This document shows positions 30,233-41,839 of a stretch of DNA of 64,000 nucleotides, one piece after another. A model generated the notes under the pieces. It saw only the letters and a list, made by a program, of their open reading frames with translations, was not told the DNA's origin and searched no databases. The translations under genes and the position numbers were made by a program. Position 1 is the stretch's first letter. Every line of letters begins with the position of its first letter. Source of the stretch: an uncultured Gammaproteobacteria bacterium (GTDB lineage Bacteria > Pseudomonadota > Gammaproteobacteria > UBA4575); NCBI GenBank assembly GCA_905479295.1, contig CAJQLY010000002.1:118887-182886 (forward strand), read 5' to 3'.

Positions 30233-30310
30233 AATAGTTAGTCCTTTAAGCGAGCCTGGATTATATAGGCAGGCTGTTTATCTTTGAATAGATGTAACTA
30301 GGCCGACAGC

Positions 30311-31432
30311 CTACTTGATTTGAGTTTCTTCTGTTTCCGAATTTAAAGCTGCAAGCTGTAGCTTTAATGCATCACCTACCACCGCTTTGCGCCAGCCTTG
30401 CTCGACTTTACTTGTTTTACCCATGACTAAGCGATCAATCGATTTGCGATTAGCGAGTAGGGTGCTGGAAGTGCCAATCTCTTCAGCCGTTGCCTTGATA
30501 TGCTGCATCAATTTTTTCACCTTATCTTGATCTTCACGTGCGAGCCGTGGTGGCATGATTTCAAATTCAGGACGACTGGCGATGCTCGCATCGACTAATT
30601 GCAATTGCGCTCGTATCTCATTTTCTTTTGATTTAGCGCTAGGTACTTCGGCTTCTAAATATTGGGTAATCTTATTTGGGTCCATCTGGCAGAGCTCAAT
30701 CAGGTTGAGATCAGGTAATAACCAACGTCTAGGTCGGTTACTTTTTTGCGCGCGTTTTTCACGCCAGGCAGCTAGTTGCTGGACACAGGGTAAATATCTG
30801 CGTTCAACATTGCCGACTCCTTTTAAGGATTTCCAAGCTTGATTAGGGTCAGTGACAAAGGTATCTGTTGCTGTGAGTTGTTGGCACTCTTCTGCCAGCC
30901 ACTGCTCACGGCCAACTTCTTCTAATTGGCTTTTTAACTGTATATAAAGTGTACCGAGGTAATGTACATCATCTAAGGCGTATTCAATTTGTGCTGCGGT
31001 CAGTGGGCGACGTTGCCAGTCAGTACGACTCTCAGTCTTGCTTAAGCGAGTCCCATCGATCTGCTCGACTAAGGCGCCATAGCTCACTTGAGCCTCCATA
31101 CCAAGGATGCTGGCTGCGATTTGAGTGTCGAACAGTGGCTCAATAGAAAGGTTATAACTGGCGTATAAGACTTCTAGATCTTGTCTTGCTGAATGTACGA
31201 TCTTGACCTTTTTTGGGTCTCTCAATATGTTGAGTAGAGCCTCAATATCGGTTAATTCAATCACATCAATACAGCTGGCCACGGTGTCGCTAGCAATCTG
31301 CAATAGACATAGATTTGGGTAATAGGTGGATTCACGCATAAACTCTGTATCTAGAGCGATCCATTGCGCTGCTGCTAAATCAGAGCAGAAAGCGTTTAAT
31401 TGTTCTGTAGTAGTGATGACGTTTGGATGCAT
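30311..31432 (-). CDS. rnd: ribonuclease D
   Basis: 373 aa. DEDD 3'-5' exonuclease motifs (ALDTEF, HSARQDLE, YALDDV) plus an HRDC region. Confidence 0.9.
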   Translation of the reverse strand: MHPNVITTTEQLNAFCSDLAAAQWIALDTEFMRESTYYPNLCLLQIASDTVASCIDVIELTDIEALLNILRDPKKVKIVHSARQDLEVLYASYNLSIEPLFDTQIAASILGMEAQVSYGALVEQIDGTRLSKTESRTDWQRRPLTAAQIEYALDDVHYLGTLYIQLKSQLEEVGREQWLAEECQQLTATDTFVTDPNQAWKSLKGVGNVERRYLPCVQQLAAWREKRAQKSNRPRRWLLPDLNLIELCQMDPNKITQYLEAEVPSAKSKENEIRAQLQLVDASIASRPEFEIMPPRLAREDQDKVKKLMQHIKATAEEIGTSSTLLANRKSIDRLVMGKTSKVEQGWRKAVVGDALKLQLAALNSETEETQIK

Positions 31433-31440
31433 GCTGACAG

Positions 31441-32484
31441 ATGAGGGTAAATATGAAAATCGGTTTAATGAGACTAAGAGACAAGCTTAGAAACAAATGC
31501 TATGGCGTTAACTTTACCAGTGGTGCTGTTATTTCCCTACTGCTTTTGTCCTTCTTTGTGTCTTTTATTTCATTACTGACCGTTACTAGCAGTGCGGAGT
31601 CGGCACCAGCCTGGCAGTCGACTGAATATCTGACGCATCCTTTGGTTGGTAAGATTTACGACAGTAAGCATAAGCAATTTGTCAGTCAATATATGGTTGA
31701 TAGCGCAATGAAAGAGGCCGATATCCTACTTTTAGGGGAAACGCACTCTAACGTCGATCACCATAGAGGCCAGGCGAAGTTGCTTGCACGTTGGCAACGG
31801 CAACAAGCAGCGACCGCCATAGTCTTTGAGATGCTCACTGTGGAGCGCTGGCAACAGCCTGAGCGGTGGAGTGATCGCAGAGTGTTATCTGAAAGGTTAC
31901 AACAACATGCAAAGGAATGGGATTGGCCGATCTATACCCCGATTACTGATTTAGCAGTGATTAAACAACTGCCGATCTTGGCGGCTAATTTGAGTCATCA
32001 GCAACTGCGTGACTATGCTAGAAATGAGCAGTGCAGTTTGCAGCGGGAAGGTTTGGTTTTGGCGTTCTGTGATGTGCTCAAGGCAGAGTCACGCGATCGT
32101 TTGGAAACACTGATTGACCGGTCACATTGCGGCATGTTGCAGCCGAAACATTTACCCCCTCTAGTTAAAATGCAGGCAGCAAAAGACGCTTCTTTTGCCT
32201 TGAGTCTGTGGCAGGCATATGAGGCGGGTTCTGCCCCTGTCCTAATCTCTGGTTCGGTTCATGTGCGTAAAGATATTGGTGTACCCGTTTACCTTTTACA
32301 GACAGGATATTCGGTCATGAGTGTTGCTTTTCTAGAGGTTGATCCTGAGCTGGTTGATGCCACTGACTATGAACTATCTGAAGATGAATCAAGTTATGAC
32401 TTTATATATTTTACGCCAGGCAGTAGGGCGCTGGATCCCTGTGTTGAGTTTAAGCAGCAGTTAGAAAAAATGCGGCATCAATAA
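31441..32484 (+). CDS. ChaN-like (Tiki/haem-binding uptake superfamily) protein
   Basis: N-terminal hydrophobic anchor and an ILLLGETHSNVDHH motif typical of ChaN/DUF399 proteins. Confidence 0.55.
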   Translation: MRVNMKIGLMRLRDKLRNKCYGVNFTSGAVISLLLLSFFVSFISLLTVTSSAESAPAWQSTEYLTHPLVGKIYDSKHKQFVSQYMVDSAMKEADILLLGETHSNVDHHRGQAKLLARWQRQQAATAIVFEMLTVERWQQPERWSDRRVLSERLQQHAKEWDWPIYTPITDLAVIKQLPILAANLSHQQLRDYARNEQCSLQREGLVLAFCDVLKAESRDRLETLIDRSHCGMLQPKHLPPLVKMQAAKDASFALSLWQAYEAGSAPVLISGSVHVRKDIGVPVYLLQTGYSVMSVAFLEVDPELVDATDYELSEDESSYDFIYFTPGSRALDPCVEFKQQLEKMRHQ

Positions 32485-32528
32485 AGATAAAGCAGGCCTG
32501 GTTAGTGAACTCAAGGCTTTAACCAGAT

Positions 32529-33047
32529 TTAAAAGGTTTTTGCACCACGCCAGCTGCCTAGCACAATGGATATAATGGGCCAGACTATAGTGCTACTGAC
32601 TATAGGTAACCAATAGTGCCAGCTACTAGGGGACTGATCTAGGAGACCATAGACCAAATATGACAGGATAAAGTGAGGCAGTAAGGCAAGTGGAATAAGA
32701 ATGCATTGTTGTGGCATTGAGAATAGGTGTGCACGTTGGTGGAACTGCTGACAAAGATAACAGCTAATGACAAAACCCAGTGCATGCTGTCCAAGTAATG
32801 CGCCACGGATAACGTCCAGAATCAGCCCCAGTATCCAGACTGTGCTAAGCCCATAGGTTTCTGGCTTCCGTACTACCCAAAAAATCAGAAACAATAGCAG
32901 CCACTCAGGCTGATATTGTTCGATATTGCTGGGTAAAGGTAATAGGGTGAGTGCCAATGCAATGAGTATTGAAAATAAGAAATTAGAAAGCGTGGCCTGA
33001 CTGCGCTGGTTATTTTTAAGGCCATTAACTGGGTTGGGCTTACTCAT
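32529..33047 (-). CDS. mreD: rod shape-determining protein MreD
   Basis: 172 aa polytopic membrane protein. Has a 4-nt overlap with mreC, in mreBCD order. Confidence 0.8.
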   Translation of the reverse strand: MSKPNPVNGLKNNQRSQATLSNFLFSILIALALTLLPLPSNIEQYQPEWLLLFLIFWVVRKPETYGLSTVWILGLILDVIRGALLGQHALGFVISCYLCQQFHQRAHLFSMPQQCILIPLALLPHFILSYLVYGLLDQSPSSWHYWLPIVSSTIVWPIISIVLGSWRGAKTF

Positions 33048-33907
33048 TTATTATGCCCAATCGGCTGTGACTTCCGCTTAATTCTTTGTTCTGGCCAGAG
33101 TAATAAAACCTCACGAATAGAGTCTAGTTGAGCTAAGGGTTTAGCCGTGACTGTTAAAAAAGCTTCTCCTTCTACACGCCCAATCTCTAGAACACGTGCA
33201 ACGGGGTAGTTGCGTGGATAGAGTCCATCTAAGCCAGATGTCTGAAACAAATCACCGATCTGAATATCAGCAGAGGAAGAGATATTCTGCAGATAGACAC
33301 GGTCAGCCTCACCACTACCTACCAGTAGTGCACGCAAGCCAGTGCGATTGTTTTCTGCCAGCAAGGCATGGCTAGGATCGGAGATCAGTAACACATTAGA
33401 ATGCATCGGGAAGACTTCGACTACTTGACCGATGATTCCCTGTGCACCAACGATAGCCTGACCTTCATACACATTATCTTGTTGTCCGCGATCAATAGCG
33501 ATCAATTTGCGGAAAGGATGCAGATTGACGCGGATAATGTCAGCCAGTAATACACTATTTTTATTTCGTTGTAGCGGTGAATCCAGTAGTTCACGCAAGC
33601 GATTATTCTCAAGCTTTAGTTGGGCCAGTTCTTGTAGTCTGGCCTGCTGAAAAAGGTTTAAGCGTTCTAAGGACTCTACTTGTGATTGCAAGCTGGCACG
33701 GGTGGTGAAGTAAACTGTGAGCCACTTTGAAATGTCACCAGGGGTCGAGACTAAGCGTTCTAAGGGATAGAGTACGCCGCCGATCGTACTGCGAATAAGA
33801 TGGGTTTGTTGGTAACGATGGTCAGAGACCATTAATACGATGGATACCAGTATTAGGCCTAGTAAACGGGCGGGTGTTGATGGATTGAGGGTGAACAAGG
33901 ACTTCAT
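33044..33907 (-). CDS. mreC: rod shape-determining protein MreC
   Basis: 287 aa with an N-terminal anchor, a coiled coil (LENNRLRELL) and beta-barrel domains. Lies downstream of mreB. Confidence 0.9.
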   Translation of the reverse strand: MKSLFTLNPSTPARLLGLILVSIVLMVSDHRYQQTHLIRSTIGGVLYPLERLVSTPGDISKWLTVYFTTRASLQSQVESLERLNLFQQARLQELAQLKLENNRLRELLDSPLQRNKNSVLLADIIRVNLHPFRKLIAIDRGQQDNVYEGQAIVGAQGIIGQVVEVFPMHSNVLLISDPSHALLAENNRTGLRALLVGSGEADRVYLQNISSSADIQIGDLFQTSGLDGLYPRNYPVARVLEIGRVEGEAFLTVTAKPLAQLDSIREVLLLWPEQRIKRKSQPIGHNK

Positions 33908-34008
33908 ATAGGTCTGCCGTCACGCATCAGAGTAAGCATTCTTGCTGATTAACATAATTTAGCCAGCATGTTTAAAGAGGTCTACGAGTATGAGTCGTAG
34001 GTATTAAC

Positions 34009-35064
<1,056 letters not shown>

Positions 35065-35183
35065 CTACAGTTATATTTATTAAGTGGTTAGCGTCCAACT
35101 CTAACAGTGGGTATGGGTTTGGGCAAGACGTTATCTATGGTACCTTTCTACCCTAATATAAGGCTTGGCAGAAGGAATATTTG

Positions 35184-35471
35184 ATGGCATTGACCACAGC
35201 AGAAATCTTAAACATAGCGAAACTGGCACGTTTGCACGTAGAAGAATCAGAACTAGCGGATTATCAGCAAGATTTATCAGCCATATTGGGCTTTGTAGAG
35301 CAGATGGAGCAGGTTAATGTGGATGGCGTTGAGCCTATGGCTCACCCACAAGATATGGCGCAGTCTCTGCGCGAGGATGTGGTCACGGAATCTGACCAAC
35401 GGGACCGCTTTCAGTCGATTGCCCCAGCCACTGCAAATGGCCTCTATTTAGTACCAAAAGTGATTGAGTAA
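35184..35471 (+). CDS. gatC: Asp-tRNA(Asn)/Glu-tRNA(Gln) amidotransferase subunit C
   Basis: 95 aa with a GatC pattern (IAKLARL...E...L..IL.FVEQ). In gatCAB order. Confidence 0.9.
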   Translation: MALTTAEILNIAKLARLHVEESELADYQQDLSAILGFVEQMEQVNVDGVEPMAHPQDMAQSLREDVVTESDQRDRFQSIAPATANGLYLVPKVIE

Positions 35472-35536
35472 GGCTATGACTGATCAGTCAAACGCCGAAT
35501 AACCCGATTCATACAGATCTAATTTAAATTAAGTAT

Positions 35537-36985
35537 ATGCATAACCTTACACTTGCGCAGCAACTACAGGCATTGGCCGCTGGGGAATTTTCCAGTGTCG
35601 AGCTTACACAACACTACATTAATCGGATTGAGAGTCATCAGGATAGCCTGAATGTATTCGTCACTTTTACACCTGAGCGTGCCTTAGAACAAGCACAGGA
35701 AGCAGATCAACGCGGTACTGACAAACCCTTATTAAATGGTGTCCCATTGGCGCTGAAAGATATTTTTTGTACACAGGGAGTCAAGACCAGTTGTGCTTCT
35801 AAGATGCTGGATAATTTTATTGCCCCTTATGACGCCACAGTAGTGGCTAAGCTACAGCAAGCGGGCGCAGTCAGCTTGGGTAAGACAAATATGGACGAGT
35901 TCGCGATGGGCTCGTCTTCTGAATCTAGTTATTACGGTGATGTGAAAAATCCATGGGACTTATCACGTGTGCCTGGCGGGTCATCAGGTGGTTCGGCAGC
36001 GGCCGTTGCTGCACGCTTAGCCAGTGCCAGTATGGGTACTGATACCGGTGGTTCGATCCGTCAACCAGCAGCCTTTTGTGGCATCACTGGACTAAAACCA
36101 ACCTATGGTCGCGTATCGCGCTACGGCATGATTGCCTATGCCTCTAGTCTTGATCAGGCAGGTCCATTTGGACTATCGGCATTAGATTGTGCTTATTTAT
36201 TGCAAGCAATTGCTGGGTATGATGCAAAAGACTCAACTAGTGTTGATCAGCCTGTAGAGGAGTACACCACTAATATTAATAAGGATATTCGTGGGTTGAG
36301 AATTGGTTTGCCAGAAGAATTTTTCCAAGAAGGGTTGGATGCTGATATCCGTGCCAAGATCGATCTAGCCTGTGACCAGTTGCGTGAACTCGGCTGTGTC
36401 ATTAAGCCGATCTCTCTCCCTAATGCCAAGTTAGCTATCGCGGCTTATTACGTTATTGCACCGGCTGAGTGCTCATCCAATCTATCGCGTTTTGATGGGG
36501 TTCGTTTTGGCTATCGTTGTGAAGATCCAGTAGACCTTGCCGATCTCTATAGTCGTTCGCGTAGTGAAGCCTTTGGGGCAGAAGTGAAACGTCGCATTAT
36601 GGTGGGTACTTATGCACTATCTGCGGGTTACTACGATGCATATTATTTGCGCGCACAAAAGATTAGACGTTTGATTAGTGAGGATTACCAAAAAGCCTTT
36701 GCTGAAGTCGATGTTGTATTAAGTCCAACAACGCCAACAACAGCTTTTAAAACCAATGAGAAGGCAGATGATCCGATTACTATGTATCTTTCTGATATTT
36801 ATACAATTGGGGTGAATTTAGCGGGTCTGCCTGGTATCTCAATACCAGTAGGCTTCAGTCAGAAACTACCTGTAGGGATGCAGATGGTAAGTACTTATTT
36901 TGCTGAAGATACGCTGCTACGTATTGCGCATCAGTTTCAGCAGCATACCGACTGGCACCTACAAACACCGGCCAAATTTGAGTAA
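35537..36985 (+). CDS. gatA: Asp-tRNA(Asn)/Glu-tRNA(Gln) amidotransferase subunit A
   Basis: 482 aa with the amidase signature [13 protein letters not shown]....[12 protein letters not shown]. Confidence 0.95.
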   Translation: MHNLTLAQQLQALAAGEFSSVELTQHYINRIESHQDSLNVFVTFTPERALEQAQEADQRGTDKPLLNGVPLALKDIFCTQGVKTSCASKMLDNFIAPYDATVVAKLQQAGAVSLGKTNMDEFAMGSSSESSYYGDVKNPWDLSRVPGGSSGGSAAAVAARLASASMGTDTGGSIRQPAAFCGITGLKPTYGRVSRYGMIAYASSLDQAGPFGLSALDCAYLLQAIAGYDAKDSTSVDQPVEEYTTNINKDIRGLRIGLPEEFFQEGLDADIRAKIDLACDQLRELGCVIKPISLPNAKLAIAAYYVIAPAECSSNLSRFDGVRFGYRCEDPVDLADLYSRSRSEAFGAEVKRRIMVGTYALSAGYYDAYYLRAQKIRRLISEDYQKAFAEVDVVLSPTTPTTAFKTNEKADDPITMYLSDIYTIGVNLAGLPGISIPVGFSQKLPVGMQMVSTYFAEDTLLRIAHQFQQHTDWHLQTPAKFE

Positions 36986-36991
36986 GACAAT

Positions 36992-38428
36992 ATGAATTGG
37001 GAAGTCGTTATTGGATTAGAGATCCACGTTCAACTAAATACGCAGAGTAAGATTTTCTCTTCTGCAGCTACGGCCTATGGTGCCGATGCAAATACACAAG
37101 CTTGCGCGGTAGATATAGGTCTGCCAGGAGTATTGCCAGTACTGAATAAGGCAGCGGTACGCAAGGCGGTACAGTTTGGTGTGGCAGTAGATGCGGAAAT
37201 TGCATCACAGTCAGTGTTTGCACGTAAAAATTATTTTTATCCAGATTCACCTAAGGGCTATCAAATTAGTCAGTTTGAATTGCCTATAGTGGGTAAGGGT
37301 GAATTGACCATTGATTTAGAAGAAGGCAGCAAGACGATCGGTATCACGCGTGCTCACCTAGAAGAGGATGCAGGTAAATCATTGCATGAGGATTTTGTTG
37401 GTATGACTGGTATTGATCTCAATCGTGCCGGTACTCCATTGTTAGAGATTGTCTCCGAGCCTGAGATGAGTTCAGCTAAAGAGGCAGTTGCCTACATGCG
37501 TAAGATTCATTCTATTGTACGTTACCTGCAGATCTCTGATGGCAATATGCAGGAAGGTTCCTTTCGATGTGATGCCAATGTTTCGGTACGCCCAGCAGGC
37601 GAGAAAACATTAGGTACGCGTACAGAGATCAAAAATCTCAATTCATTTCGTTTTATTGAGCGTGCGATTAATCATGAGGTTGAACGTCAGATCGACGTTA
37701 TTGAAAGTGGCGGTAGAATCGTACAAGAAACCCGCTTGTATGATGCTGATGATGATTCAACGCGGCCTATGCGAAGTAAAGAGGAAGCCAATGATTACCG
37801 TTACTTCCCTGATCCAGATTTACTACCGGTTGTGATTGAAGAGGCCTTGTTGGCGGAAGTTAAGGCGCAGATGCCCGAGTTACCACATGTGCGTACCCTG
37901 CGTTATCAAGATAGCTATGGGCTGGCATTGGAAGAGGCGCAACAACTTACGGTGAGCCAAGAGAGTGCTGCTTACTTCGACGCAGTGGTAACCGTGGTTC
38001 CCGAATCTGCCAAACTGATCGCAAATTGGGTCTGTGGTGATATAGCGGCTAAGTTAAAGCAGGATGAGCTCTCGATTGAGCAGAGTCCAGTTAATGCTGA
38101 GGCAATGGCGCAATTGATGCAACGTATTGCGGACGGTACGATTTCTGGCAAGACTGCGAAAGATGTATTTCAAGCGATGTGGGCAAGCCAGACTAGTGCG
38201 GATGACATTATTCAGCAACAGGGTCTGCAACAGATCTCTGATGTGGGTGAGTTGGAAGCCTTGGTTGTACAGGTTGTAGAGGACAATCCAAAACAGGTTG
38301 AGCAATATCTTTCTGGGAAGGATAAAGTGTTCGGGTTTTTCGTGGGTAAGTTGATGCAGATGACAAAGGGTAAAGCCAATCCGCAACAAGTTACTGATTT
38401 GCTAAAGGCAAAGTTAGTTCGCGATTAG
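36992..38428 (+). CDS. gatB: Asp-tRNA(Asn)/Glu-tRNA(Gln) amidotransferase subunit B
   Basis: 478 aa with [22 protein letters not shown] and RCDANVS motifs. Confidence 0.95.
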   Translation: MNWEVVIGLEIHVQLNTQSKIFSSAATAYGADANTQACAVDIGLPGVLPVLNKAAVRKAVQFGVAVDAEIASQSVFARKNYFYPDSPKGYQISQFELPIVGKGELTIDLEEGSKTIGITRAHLEEDAGKSLHEDFVGMTGIDLNRAGTPLLEIVSEPEMSSAKEAVAYMRKIHSIVRYLQISDGNMQEGSFRCDANVSVRPAGEKTLGTRTEIKNLNSFRFIERAINHEVERQIDVIESGGRIVQETRLYDADDDSTRPMRSKEEANDYRYFPDPDLLPVVIEEALLAEVKAQMPELPHVRTLRYQDSYGLALEEAQQLTVSQESAAYFDAVVTVVPESAKLIANWVCGDIAAKLKQDELSIEQSPVNAEAMAQLMQRIADGTISGKTAKDVFQAMWASQTSADDIIQQQGLQQISDVGELEALVVQVVEDNPKQVEQYLSGKDKVFGFFVGKLMQMTKGKANPQQVTDLLKAKLVRD

Positions 38429-38464
38429 ATTGCGCAGTAATTGCGCCTTACGCTGAAGATGTTT

Positions 38465-39037
38465 ATGAAATCCCTGATTGTATTTGCTCACCCCAATCCC
38501 AAAAGCTTTAATTATGCCTTGGTCGCTACCGTAGAGAAAAGTCTGCGTGCTCGTGGTGATGAAGTGCGTATGCGTGATCTATATAAAGCAAATTTTAACC
38601 CTATTTTAGACAGTCAGCAGTTAGCTGAAGTGCAGCAGGGCCGTGTACCTGATGATGTTGCGCTGGAGCAAGAGCAGGTGAGTTGGGCTGATAATCTTAT
38701 TTTTATCTACCCGCTATGGTGGTTTGATCGTCCGGCAGTACTCAAGGGTTGGTTTGATCGTGTCTTTACTAATGGCTTTGCATTTGCCTATGAAGATGGT
38801 CAGTTGCAAGGTCAGCTAAGCTCTAAGCGTGTCATGTTGGTGATTACTACTGGTGGTAATCAGGCCGATTTTGGCATCGAGTCAGATCAACTTTGTACTA
38901 GTGGCACGCGTGCGACCTTGTCGTTTTGTGGGGTTGATCAGATATTGCAAAAAGTGTTTTACGCGGTGCCAGCAGTAGATGATGCAGCTCGTCAGGCAAT
39001 GTTGCTCGAGCTTGAAGGTCTCGCTGAGAGCTTATAA
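38465..39037 (+). CDS. NAD(P)H dehydrogenase (quinone)-like flavodoxin-fold protein
   Basis: MKSLIVFAHPNPKSFN ... PLWWF..PA.LKGW.DRV, typical of the Flavodoxin_2 (MdaB/KefF/NQO-like) family. The start is set at the ATG that gives MKSLIV. Confidence 0.75.
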   Translation: MKSLIVFAHPNPKSFNYALVATVEKSLRARGDEVRMRDLYKANFNPILDSQQLAEVQQGRVPDDVALEQEQVSWADNLIFIYPLWWFDRPAVLKGWFDRVFTNGFAFAYEDGQLQGQLSSKRVMLVITTGGNQADFGIESDQLCTSGTRATLSFCGVDQILQKVFYAVPAVDDAARQAMLLELEGLAESL

Positions 39038-39060
39038 GTAGCGTGTTTGAACTAAACTAC

Positions 39061-39453
39061 TTAGGGTGATTCTCTAACGCTCTTACCACTCTCTATCCAG
39101 TCTTGGAATAACGCCTTCATGGCAAGTGGCACATCAGTCTCAGGGTGTTCGATGCAATACGCTTTTAATAATGTTAATACTTGTTCTGGTCCCATATCGC
39201 CAGCTACATCATACAATGCCGCATCGGCGTAATTAACACCGCTAATAAACCCACTGAGCCAGGCCTCATACATATGTTTGTTCAGGCTTTGGATAGAACT
39301 CGTGTCGGCAGAAGCCAGATCATCCATCATTCCTTGGCAGTTGGTTGCACCCCAACCCTGCGCACTAAAACTCTTTGCTGCTGGTTGTATTGGTGTGCTG
39401 ACACAGCCGCTAACGAGTACGATACTGAATGCAGCGATTACAAAGCGTTTCAT
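39061..39453 (-). CDS. lipoprotein, unknown function
   Basis: 130 aa with lipobox LVSGC. No diagnostic motif. Confidence 0.55.
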   Translation of the reverse strand: MKRFVIAAFSIVLVSGCVSTPIQPAAKSFSAQGWGATNCQGMMDDLASADTSSIQSLNKHMYEAWLSGFISGVNYADAALYDVAGDMGPEQVLTLLKAYCIEHPETDVPLAMKALFQDWIESGKSVRESP

Positions 39454-39489
39454 GGCACCTATCCTTGGTTGTTAATCGACCGCTATAAT

Positions 39490-39810
39490 TTATACGTCCA
39501 GCCACAGTTTACGAGGTAAACGCATGCCAGCTATCTTACAGGCTTGTTGGCCGTAACCATAAGGAAATAGATGATAGACGTATTTGCGTGTGGCTTGATC
39601 AGCACCTAGTTCTGTCTTTAGCCGTTTCATAATGTGACGTAACTCCGGTACAACACCGCTCTGGAAGTAGAGCTCACGTACAAGATGGATAATACGCCAG
39701 TGATCTTCTTGCAAGTCTATTGATTCCTCTTTGGCTAAAGTGGCAGCAAGGGTCTCATCCCAATCATCTGGGTCGACTAAAAAACCACTATCATCACGCT
39801 CTACATTCAT
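39490..39810 (-). CDS. TusE/DsrC/DsvC family protein lacking the penultimate Cys
   Basis: 106 aa with the family core HW..I..(V)R..Y ... LFP.G...QACKIAG. The C-terminal arm reads MRLPRKLWLDV instead of LPKPxGCV. Confidence 0.8.
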   Translation of the reverse strand: MNVERDDSGFLVDPDDWDETLAATLAKEESIDLQEDHWRIIHLVRELYFQSGVVPELRHIMKRLKTELGADQATRKYVYHLFPYGYGQQACKIAGMRLPRKLWLDV

Positions 39811-39827
39811 CTTATTTATTTCCCATT

Positions 39828-40688
39828 TTATCTGACATGCGAACTATATTGCGCCATGCTGACCCGTTCATGACCCTGTAGATCGGCGCGTGTTTCTATC
39901 GCGCTAAAGCCTTGTTGTCGTAGTGCATTTTGCACCTGGCCCGCCTGTTGCCAACCATGTTCTAAGATAAGATGACCAGCCTCTAAAAGGTAGTCGCCAG
40001 CCTGTTGAATTATTTTATTCAGGTCAGCTAAACCTTGATCTTGTGCGATAAGTGCGTAGGTCGGCTCGTATTCAGCGACGTTAGAGGCTAGGTCGGGATC
40101 ATCGGCTGCGATATAGGGGGGGTTGCTCACTATCAGGTCATAGGGTTTTACACTCAGCGCACTAAACCAGTCACTTTCATGCCAGCTAATATTTTCCAAG
40201 CCTAGATTTTTTGCATTCTGCTGTGCGATGTTTAAACAGGCTGGACTTCGATCACAGGCAGTGATCTGAGCTTGAGGCAATTCAGAGGCTAGTGCTAAAG
40301 CGATACAACCGCTACCTGTGCCTAGGTCGAGGATGTTGGCCTGCTGTTTATTCGCGAGTACAGCCAGTGCCGTTTCAACTAAAAGTTCGGTGTCGCTGCG
40401 TGGGATTAATACATCAGCTGTCACTTTTAAGGGTAACGACCAAAATTCCTTTTCCTCGATAATGTATGCACTGGGTTCGCCAGCAGCTCGTCGCTCTAAT
40501 AGTTGTATAAAGCGTTGATACTGTTCTACTTCTAGTAACTCTTCATCAAAGGCGAGTAATTTGACCTTAGTTTTTTGTGTAACATTTTGTAGCAAGATAA
40601 GGCATTCATGAGTGGCCTGATCACCGAGGTTGGCTAGCCTATGTTTACCGGTAAGCAGCGCTTGCCGGATGTTAGGCACCTCGGTCAT
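39828..40688 (-). CDS. prmC: peptide chain release factor N5-glutamine methyltransferase
   Basis: DLGTGSGCIA SAM motif and NPPY catalytic motif (SNPPYI). Lies 3 nt downstream of prfA. Confidence 0.9.
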   Translation of the reverse strand: MTEVPNIRQALLTGKHRLANLGDQATHECLILLQNVTQKTKVKLLAFDEELLEVEQYQRFIQLLERRAAGEPSAYIIEEKEFWSLPLKVTADVLIPRSDTELLVETALAVLANKQQANILDLGTGSGCIALALASELPQAQITACDRSPACLNIAQQNAKNLGLENISWHESDWFSALSVKPYDLIVSNPPYIAADDPDLASNVAEYEPTYALIAQDQGLADLNKIIQQAGDYLLEAGHLILEHGWQQAGQVQNALRQQGFSAIETRADLQGHERVSMAQYSSHVR

Positions 40689-40691
40689 TAT

Positions 40692-41780
40692 TTATTCTTC
40701 AGTGCTCATGGAGGCGAGTAGGTCGGCCTGATGCTCATTGATCAGTGGCTCGATTATTTGATCTAAGTAGCCCTGCATTAACTCATCAAGTTTGTATAGA
40801 GTCAGATTGATACGATGATCAGTGATACGTCCTTGCGGAAAATTGTATGTACGAATACGTTCAGAACGATCACCACTCCCAACTAGATTGCGTCTAGTGG
40901 CTGCCTGCTCTGACGATTGTTTTGCACGTTCAGCATCTAATAGACGAGCACTTAATAGAGATAAGGCACGTGCCTTATTTTTATGTTGTGAACGTTCATC
41001 CTGACACTCAACCACAACACCAGTTGGTAAGTGGGTAATGCGAATTGCAGAGTCAGTTTTGTTGACGTGCTGACCACCGGCACCGGAGGCGCGGAAGGTA
41101 TCAATTCTTAGGTCTGAAGTATTAATATCAACCGAATCAACCGCATCGACTTCGGGCATGATAACGACGGTTGCAGCTGACGTGTGTACGCGACCTTGGG
41201 ATTCTGTATCTGGTACTCGTTGCACACGATGCGCACCCGATTCAAATTTTAAAATAGAATAAGCGCCATGGCCGATGATGCGAGTGACAATCTCTTTATA
41301 GCCGCCATGATCGCCTTCATTGCTATTGATGACTTCCATTTCCCAACGTTTCTTTTCAGCATAACGGCTATACATGCGAAATAGATCACCAGCAAAGATT
41401 GCTGCCTCATCGCCACCGGTTCCAGCACGGATTTCAATAAAGACATTACTGCCATCCAATGGGTCTTTGGGTAGTAGTAGTTTTTGCAGGTCTAATTCTA
41501 ATTGTGCTTGTTTTTCTTCTAGCTCAGACAGCTCCATCTGCGCCATTTCACGCATGCTGCTATCACTGTCATTCATCATCTCTCGTGCTGCCAGCATGTC
41601 ATCATCTACCTCTATATATTGCGTGAAGGCCTTAACAACTGGTTCTAGCTGGGCATACTCCATCGAGTATTGGCGAAATTGATTTTGATCAGCAATGACC
41701 CCTGGGTCAGACAGTAAGGCTGCAATTTCTTCATGCCGGTCCCGTAGGGCTTCAAGTTTGAGTGAGATCGATTCTTTCAT
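40692..41780 (-). CDS. prfA: peptide chain release factor 1
   Basis: 362 aa with [16 protein letters not shown] (GGQ) and an RF1-type domain order. Confidence 0.97.
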   Translation of the reverse strand: MKESISLKLEALRDRHEEIAALLSDPGVIADQNQFRQYSMEYAQLEPVVKAFTQYIEVDDDMLAAREMMNDSDSSMREMAQMELSELEEKQAQLELDLQKLLLPKDPLDGSNVFIEIRAGTGGDEAAIFAGDLFRMYSRYAEKKRWEMEVINSNEGDHGGYKEIVTRIIGHGAYSILKFESGAHRVQRVPDTESQGRVHTSAATVVIMPEVDAVDSVDINTSDLRIDTFRASGAGGQHVNKTDSAIRITHLPTGVVVECQDERSQHKNKARALSLLSARLLDAERAKQSSEQAATRRNLVGSGDRSERIRTYNFPQGRITDHRINLTLYKLDELMQGYLDQIIEPLINEHQADLLASMSTEE

Positions 41781-41839
41781 AAATTCCGGGGTGCTTAAAT
41801 TAGGCCTACTGAATAATCAGGGTAGGGCATATGAAGACT

